Below are positions 52,468 to 58,902 of a stretch of DNA of 58,902 nt, in pieces (position 1 is the first letter of the stretch; the number at the start of each line of letters is the position of its first letter). The stretch is from assembly GCA_039545335.1 (NCBI GenBank), contig BCIN01000001.1, forward strand, positions 2,415,129 to 2,474,030, in the 5' to 3' direction. The notes below the pieces were generated by a model. The model saw nothing but the letters and a program-made list of their open reading frames with translations. It was not told where the DNA came from and ran no database searches. The position numbers and the translations under genes were made by a program. Origin of the DNA: Kondoa subrosea (taxonomy: Eukaryota).

Positions 52468-52715
52468 TTTCAATGGCTCGGTTGTGTCTGAGTCCAAGCA
52501 AGTAGCACAGGTAATGCTGCAGAACAATAATAGCGCACAAATCTCCTTTTCCATACATCCAACCGTCCTACCCACGACGATCTTACCCCGGATTGAAGTT
52601 GTTTTGTGTTTTCTTTTTTGAGTCGTGCAGCCTCGATCGGCGTACCTCTTTTAGACGCCGCGGTCGATCTCTGTCCCTCTTGCTATCTCAATCTGAATCC
52701 TCACTCTCATCATTC

Positions 52716-55299
52716 ATGGCTTCTTGGCATTATTCCTTCGAAGGTATCAGCGTTGGGAATGGATCTACCAATATCCTCAGCAATGTGACTGCTAGTGTAG
52801 GACCGGGCGAAATGTTGGGTAAGCCTTGTTAGTCAGCTTAAAAATAGCAGCTAAGCTGTTCAAAGCGGTACTTGGACCCTCAGGATCCGGAAAATCTACT
52901 CTTCTCGACTGTACGTTGTGTTGGATCTGTGCCTGTAATACTACGCTCATCTAAAGTACTTAGGTTTGGCATCTCGCGTACCTGCCAATCTATCAGTCAA
53001 AGGCAATATCAGCTACGGCAGCAAAACTATTCCTGCCAAAGGAGGGCAACCAAATTTCATTGCCTATGTACCTCAAGAAGATAGTGGACTCGTCGGCGCT
53101 TTGACAGTCCGACGCAATCTCATCTATGCAGCTGAACTACGGATGCCAGCCAAATCTACTTCGGCGGAACGCAAAAATATGGTTGACTCGGTGTTGAAGG
53201 ATTTGGGCCTTGTAAGCTAAAGTCCTCAGTTGGATTGCATCTTACCCATTGCATCTTACCTATTCAGTCGCATCAAGCGGATCTGGTGGTCGGTCGTTTA
53301 TTCAAGAAACACATCTCAGGTGGACAGAAGCGAAGACTGTAAGATCACTGTCAGAATATCATGAGAATGATGCTGACAGAACATTATAGGTCCCTAGGTC
53401 TTGAATTGACCGGCAGTCCTCAAGTCCTGTTGCTCGATGAAGTTACCTCCGGTCTAGATTCCGCAGCCGCTTTGTCGGTCATGACTGCAGTCAAGCGCTT
53501 GTGCAGACTTCTTTCCCTCCGTGTAGTTTTGACCGTACACCAGCCAGCTTCTCAACTCATGGACCTATTTGATCACGTACTCTTCCTCAGCAAAGGTCGT
53601 GTGGCTCATGTTGGCCTTGTTGCGCTCCTGCCTAGCTGGTTGAGCTCTATAGGGTAATTCTCGGCTGCGCATGGCCTGAACAGTACTGAAGGAAGACTGA
53701 ATTAGATATCCGTGTCCGCAATACGTCTCTCCGCAAGATTACATTATTGCGGCTCTCAACGATAGCTTCTTCGACGGATCTGCGGAAAGTCAAAAGCTGA
53801 AAGAACTCCAAGATGCGATATGGCTGTCTCGCCCAGACAGAAGTCCGATTGAGACGCCCTCCCAAGAGAAGAGCTTCCTTCTAGGACCAACACGCAGTTC
53901 TGAGAAGATGCCAAACAACCTTCAACTGATTTGGACATTGACACGTCGCAATTTGGAGAACAACGCTGTAGATCCAGCACCATTTTGGATTCGCATAGTT
54001 GTAAGGCGATATACGGGCTTCTTTAGGTTATTTTCCGATTCAAAAAAATAGATCAATGTCTCTGTTGCACTCTTTGGCGGGATCGTTTGGGCGAGATTGA
54101 AGGAGAACGATCAAAACCTCAATACAGTCCTGGGATCTACCTTCTTCCTGTAAGGCTTGCCATTCTTTTGCGCTTGCTTCCCTGACGGTTACCTTCGTAG
54201 GTGCCTTGGCGCAGGATTCAATGGTCTCACAGCTATCGTTCCTACTTTATCATTTCGAAACCTCTTCATCCACGAGTTGCTCAACGGCGCCTCTCGACCT
54301 TTGCCGTTCTTTTGCTCTTTAATCTTCAGCTGTATACCCTTTCTGGTCTTCCAAGCGCTTCTAATGGCACCTGGTCCATACTGGCTTATTGGTCTGAAGG
54401 CTACACCTGCTGCATACGTAAGCTTTTGCCATTGCCTTCTTGTCGTAATTACTGAACTCCGTCTCAGTTCACCTTTGTCCTGATATTGTTCTTCGCTACT
54501 TTAATACCGGAACTTTTCGTTACTTGCTGTACCTATATCATGCGCGATAAAGTGTCAGCGAATTCGTTGGGGGTCATGTTATTCGGTGTTCTCAGTAAGG
54601 TCTCAGCTATTCATCTCAGTACGCATCTCAACCCGTACTACAGTGATCAGTGGGTCGGTTTGGGCCAGTCTCGTACTCGAGCTCAAATGATCTTAGTGTC
54701 GGGCAGATTTAGCCCTGCTGACAATTTCAAGAGTTTATGGAAGGTACTTTGTCAGTACTGCACAGCCTAGTCTTTGTTACTGCGCTGAACAACAGCAATA
54801 GATGACGCAAATATATACAAAGCTAGTCGAGGTCTTCTAACTCCGCTCTAGTTGCTAATGCTCTTGAAACAACAGTACACCACAGAGGCAACCATGTATA
54901 GTCAATTTCACGGACGTCAAGTGCTATGTGTGACGAAGGCTCTGGATTGTGTTGACGGGTCCATAGGTGTAAGTAAGGTCAATCCCAACATGGGCTTGAC
55001 AGCTAACGCTCAAGTAGTTCTCAGCAATTCAAGATCGTTTTGGACTACATCTACATTCGCTATCTTCTGGCTTACTCGGTTTACTAGCAATCACTGGCGT
55101 CGCTTGCCTTTCTCTTGCAGTGCTTGTTTTCGCTTTGGACCTTGAATGCCGAGGCAAACTATCCTTCGACGCTTTCCGTCTCCCAAATCGACGTAAATCC
55201 ATCTTCCAACCCTTGCTCGGAAGGTCTACAGAAGATGTCAGCGAATCTAACTCTCTCAAGGGCGATACCGGTGCACTCGACTGTCTCGACAAAGTATAG
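52716..55299 (+). CDS. ABCG (White-type) half ABC transporter, NBD-TMD
   Basis: Walker A GPSGSGKST; YVPQED; signature ISGGQKRRL; Walker B LLLDEVTSGLDS; TVHQP; then RNLENNAVDP..FWIR and six hydrophobic segments. Many introns. Confidence 0.92.
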
Positions 55300-55856
55300 T
55301 TGAGGCTTCAACTGAGTTCTGGCAAAGGGGATGTAAGGTTGTTCACAGCTCGTTTGTAATTTACATACAGTGGTTATAAGAACATGAAGATATATACTGT
55401 ACTCATGCTTCTGTCATTTCTTTGCAGGGGGGCCTAATTGTTTCTTTGCAAGCGTAAAAGCGTAAGCGCACTCAACCCTCTTCGTACTCCCAGTTCATCA
55501 TGTCCATCTACCAAATCCAAACCCTCCTCTACGCCTCGTTCTTTGCAGCTTTGTCATTCGTTATGCTCAGTTCCTCTGTTCCCTGTCTTCTCTGCTTGTT
55601 ATTGTGCCAGTCATTTCTGTACTATCTAACACGTCGTAGAATCACTTAAATATTTAGAGAAAGAAGATAAGACAAACAAGAATAAGACGAGATCAAAGGC
55701 AAACAAGTATCGCCATGCCCAAATTATTTGCTATTGCACATTGCATCCCAAATTGTACACTGATATTGGATGAAACCCTAAACGCCATACAATTCTGCAA
55801 CCCTACAACCCTAATCCAAATTCCTTCCCTTTTCCCTTTCCTTTCCTTCCAACAAT

Positions 55857-56423
55857 CTAGCCCTGTCGCTGATTGCGCTCAAATCGCTTGTATGATGTAA
55901 ACATCCATAGCTCATTCACTGCAGCGAATTTGACTTCTGTCTCAGCTCGCCTTGTGATTCTGGCCAATCGACTTTGAGGCAGAGGTAGCCGAGGAAGATG
56001 AACGAATCCTTCTTCCACTTCTTGACAAGCTTGAGCTTTGAATGTGAATTGCTCGCGATGAGACAAAGGTGTGATGAGTTCCGGTGTTGGAACGATGCGG
56101 CGATCGCATTCTTCCTGACAAGCAGGGATATAGACTGATCGTGCGAGCTGCTGACGAGAGCGTTGAAGGACGTTCTGAGCGTGTTGTTGCTTTGCGAAGC
56201 GAGAGGCAGCAGCTTGAATGCGCGAGGAGAGAGTTCGCTCCTGCTCTGCGTCGACATCAGGGATGTAGGTTGTGCCTAATGCTGACCATTGCGATAAGCA
56301 GAGGTGAGCTTCATTCTTGCGAATGCCGCTGCGAGCAGACTTGAGAGGAGTGGAGCTGCTGCGCTTTGAAGTAGATCGAACTGGTCCATCTTTGTAAAGA
56401 TTGAAGAAGGAGAAGAGCGGCAT
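55857..56423 (-). CDS. Hypothetical basic protein (~188 aa)
   Basis: Intronless ORF from ATG 56423 (MPLFSFFNLYKDGPVRSTSKRSS...). No motif recognised. Confidence 0.5.
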   Translation of the reverse strand: MPLFSFFNLYKDGPVRSTSKRSSSTPLKSARSGIRKNEAHLCLSQWSALGTTYIPDVDAEQERTLSSRIQAAASRFAKQQHAQNVLQRSRQQLARSVYIPACQEECDRRIVPTPELITPLSHREQFTFKAQACQEVEEGFVHLPRLPLPQSRLARITRRAETEVKFAAVNELWMFTSYKRFERNQRQG

Positions 56424-56974
56424 GATGATTGAGTGTATAGCAGGCAAAAGGTTTTGATGTGCTAGTGCTCGCTCGACTCGATGGAAACAGTTGATAATGA
56501 AGAAGAGGAAGGAGACAGAATATTTCAGCTGTTATAGCAGCTACATGCATGGCTTGATAGGAGTCTTTGAGCTTACGACTGATTGCAAGTCAATTTGACC
56601 AACAGTCGATTTCGCGAGTGGGAATCGAAATCAAAGCAAATCGCATCAAACATGGCACGTAGAGGCAGACGAGACAGAGAAGAGCGATAGGCGGCAGCAC
56701 CGATAGAGCGCAGCAGAAGGACCGAGTAGCGCAAACGAGAAGTACTAAAGAATCGCTCCGAACTCGACAATTTCAGAAGGACTTCATCAAGGATCAATCG
56801 AAAAGCAGCGCTGAATTTAGTCGCGCGTGATGATGATCAGACGCTCGAAGGTAAAAGTCGAGATGAGGTGGTGCATGGGAACAACCTTGCTTGCCTTTGA
56901 ACGCTCTTCTCGCTTGTTGTCGATGTGCCTTTGAGAGTACTGGACCCGCTTCTTAATTCTCTCGCGTCATACAG

Positions 56975-57328
56975 TGCCAAAAGCCTGCCGCGAAGAAGAA
57001 ATCTGCTTTCCATTTGCATTTTCAAGATTTTGATGTCTCGAGCTTGAAATGGGCTGCAGAAGATGCAATATGGCTCGGAATAGTTGTCTGGACTTTCTTT
57101 GACACGTCGTTATGGATCGCAACGGCTGTCTGGACGAAGAATACACCCAGCAGCAAAATGGATCTGGACCGACAATTATGCCCGGAAACGGCTCTGAGAG
57201 CCTATGTAGCAATGCACATCGCTTTTTCAGCGGCGTATACGGCTGTTCTCGATCTGAATGCACTGCCCTGTGCTGTCGAAAGCACTCGAAAAGAGATTGG
57301 CTCGATTCTGGCCGACTATCTAGGATGA
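56975..57328 (+). CDS. Possible terminal exon of a small unknown gene
   Basis: 117-codon open frame after a CAG acceptor at 56972-56974, with a hydrophobic stretch AIWLGIVVWTFFDTSLWIATAVW. No convincing first exon found. Confidence 0.25.
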   Translation, partial: CQKPAAKKKSAFHLHFQDFDVSSLKWAAEDAIWLGIVVWTFFDTSLWIATAVWTKNTPSSKMDLDRQLCPETALRAYVAMHIAFSAAYTAVLDLNALPCAVESTRKEIGSILADYLG

Positions 57329-57661
57329 TGTGAAAGCTTAAGGAAGCAATCGTACTATTCGCTCAATTATAACTCTTCTACACCGAAGCGGTCTCCTTCT
57401 TCATGCAAAGATCGTCTGTTTCTCTTCTTCTTCCTCGCGGTGAGGACTACCGGCATGCTGAATTGCTTTGGGATCGATGTATGTGTGTCAAGTGGCCTAC
57501 AAGCCAGTTCAACTTGGTCGAATGTTGAACAAGTCTTTGCTTTCGATCCTGATGAGTAAACTGAAGCTGTTATGGTACAAGAGTAACCCGTTGCTACGCG
57601 CCAATCACTGCGTCCTATCGGCGTGCACCCATTCCTGGTCCATTACGTACATCGATGTTGT

Positions 57662-57722
57662 CCGGTGAACGATGAAAGAGATTCTCGATTGGTTTCGCCG
57701 GTGAAACGATGAAACGAGATTC
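57662..57722. repeat. Imperfect direct repeat upstream of the tRNA
   Basis: ccggtgaacgatgaaagagattc (57662-57684) and ccggtgaaacgatgaaacgagattc (57698-57722). Confidence 0.8.
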
Positions 57723-57811
57723 GCCGGACATCGCGTCTGATGATTTGTCCTACAGATCACGAGAATTTTTTATCTATATGGCTAAGAAGTCCTGGCTTCA
57801 CCACCAGTCGC

Positions 57812-57936
57812 GGTTTTATAGCTCAGGTTTGTTCAATAACTCGTTACCTAAAATCACGTTTCTGACATCCTCTGAAGTTGGTTAGAGCGTCCGACTGTTA
57901 ATCGGGAGGTCGTTAGTTCAAACCTAACTTGAATCG
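57812..57936 (+). tRNA. tRNA-Asn(GUU) with a 51-nt GT-AG intron in the D-loop (57827-57877)
   Basis: Exons 57812-57826 + 57878-57936 give GGTTTTA TA GCTC AGTTGGTTA GAGC G TCCGA CTGTTAA TCGGG AGGTC GTTAG TTCAAAC CTAAC TTGAATC G (74 nt). D, anticodon and T stems pair; anticodon GTT at 57897-57899; G73 discriminator; B box GTTCAAAC. Confidence 0.9.
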
Positions 57937-57942
57937 TTTTTT
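57937..57942 (+). terminator. RNA polymerase III T6 terminator
   Basis: TTTTTT immediately after the discriminator base. Confidence 0.85.
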
Positions 57943-58094
57943 GCTCTCGGCCTCTGCATAGGTTTTTTGTTGGGTCATGCAGGGTTGATCGTCGTAGGCT
58001 TGGACATGGTAGACTTGTATTGGGTCAAAATTGTTGAAAATATACCGTCCAAACATCTTTATTGAGGCGATAATAGCGGGAGGACTCTATGAGT

Positions 58095-58902
58095 TTATAA
58101 ACGCATTCGCCAATCGCGTATCGACCTCAAAGCCGAATGACGTCTGCCATTGAGAGTAGCGATATCAGCACCGTGAGCTAATAGANCTTCAGCGGTTCCT
58201 CTCGGCTGCTGCTCGTCGTACCCTGCTCAAGATCAGCGGATTTCCTGCAGTGAAGATTTGACGCACCTTCAACACGCATTCGTACTTTACGCAAAGAAGG
58301 AAAGATCTTCCTCTTCAATGCTTCCAACATTGGCTTGTATCCGACTGTCGTCCAGCTCAAATACATAATTTCCATAGTAGCATGCCCCTTCTCTAAGAGA
58401 CTTTCATCAAAGCAAGCACCTTCCAAGTGTAAACTGAGCAACCCNGGGCACATAGCCAACGCCTTTGCNCCAAAGCTTCGATCACCGCCATCTGATTCTC
58501 TCCACAGCCGATCAACGCTGAGATGTAGTAATCCAGGACCACTTTGAGCTAACAGATTGAGTATGCCATTCTCATCAAATACATCATCTGCAACTTCAAG
58601 ATACAAGCTAGTCAACTTTAGATGACCAAACAAATGACTGAAGCGAGAGTTGCTGATCTGTGGTCGAATCAAGCATAACTTCTCAAGATGAGGCATATCA
58701 AGCGAGGCAATGCAATCATCTTCCAAATTTGAAAGCGAAAGATGTTGCATAGTATCTTTCCAAGCAGAAAAAGAAGGCAACAAATCAGATAGACGAATAG
58801 ATTGCCGAAGACCAATAATCTCCAAGGCTTTCAAAGGTTTCGCTTCCAAAGCTTTGAAAATGCCACGGTGCAAAGGATCTTCGCCATAACTCCAATCTAG
58901 CT
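58095..58902 (-). CDS. 3' part of an RNI-like/F-box-type LRR protein, start beyond the right edge
   Basis: Repeated LxxLxL units (MQHLSLSNL, LEKLCLI, LTSLYLEV, LLHLSVD, LLSLHLEG, LRKVRM). A probable GTACGA..TAG intron leads to a last exon ending at 58095. Contains N bases. Confidence 0.6.

Noticed and set aside
55770..55815. AACCCTAA telomere-like motifs (also at ~28570)
   Set aside because: Isolated single copies in 3' UTR-like DNA, not an array.
55438..55900. Short ORFs ending CTI*/CMM* as pheromone precursors
   Set aside because: Cys is third from the end rather than CAAX, there are no repeated peptide units, and they are far from the STE3-like gene.
57662..57727. CRISPR-like repeat-spacer
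   Set aside because: Only two imperfect copies with a 13-nt gap, in a eukaryotic genome with no cas genes.
57700..57765. Hammerhead ribozyme core (GAAA ... CTGATGA)
   Set aside because: No UH cleavage site and no consistent stems I-III could be formed.

Overview
This is intron-rich, gene-dense eukaryotic DNA from a fungus, most likely a basidiomycete. A Pucciniomycotina-like yeast is my inference from the ~45-65 nt GT-AG introns, frequent micro-exons and protein style. The ORF track shows only exon fragments, so I rebuilt the gene models by hand from splice signals; coordinates are start-to-stop spans including introns. There are about 30 protein-coding genes. Most are housekeeping: LAT1, PTM1, 14-3-3, POP2/CAF1, CAX4, LTO1, mitochondrial AAT, FCP1, NUP188, AMPK beta, LYS1, SEC28, NudE, the complex I 51-kDa subunit, GAL1 and DPH2. 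The rest include a divergent STE3-like GPCR, a GH26-like hydrolase, an LRR-DH-PH RhoGEF, a head-to-head P450/ABCG pair and several orphans. The standout is a tRNA-Asn(GUU) gene (57812-57936) whose D-loop is interrupted by a 51-nt insert with every hallmark of a spliceosomal mRNA-type intron (AG|GTTTGT ... CTGAC ... AAG|). Removing it restores a normal 74-nt cloverleaf followed by a Pol III T6 terminator. Second is a 59-aa YABBY/HMG-like protein gene split over 8 exons of 9-62 nt, invisible to the ORF track. No mobile element or CRISPR array was seen.
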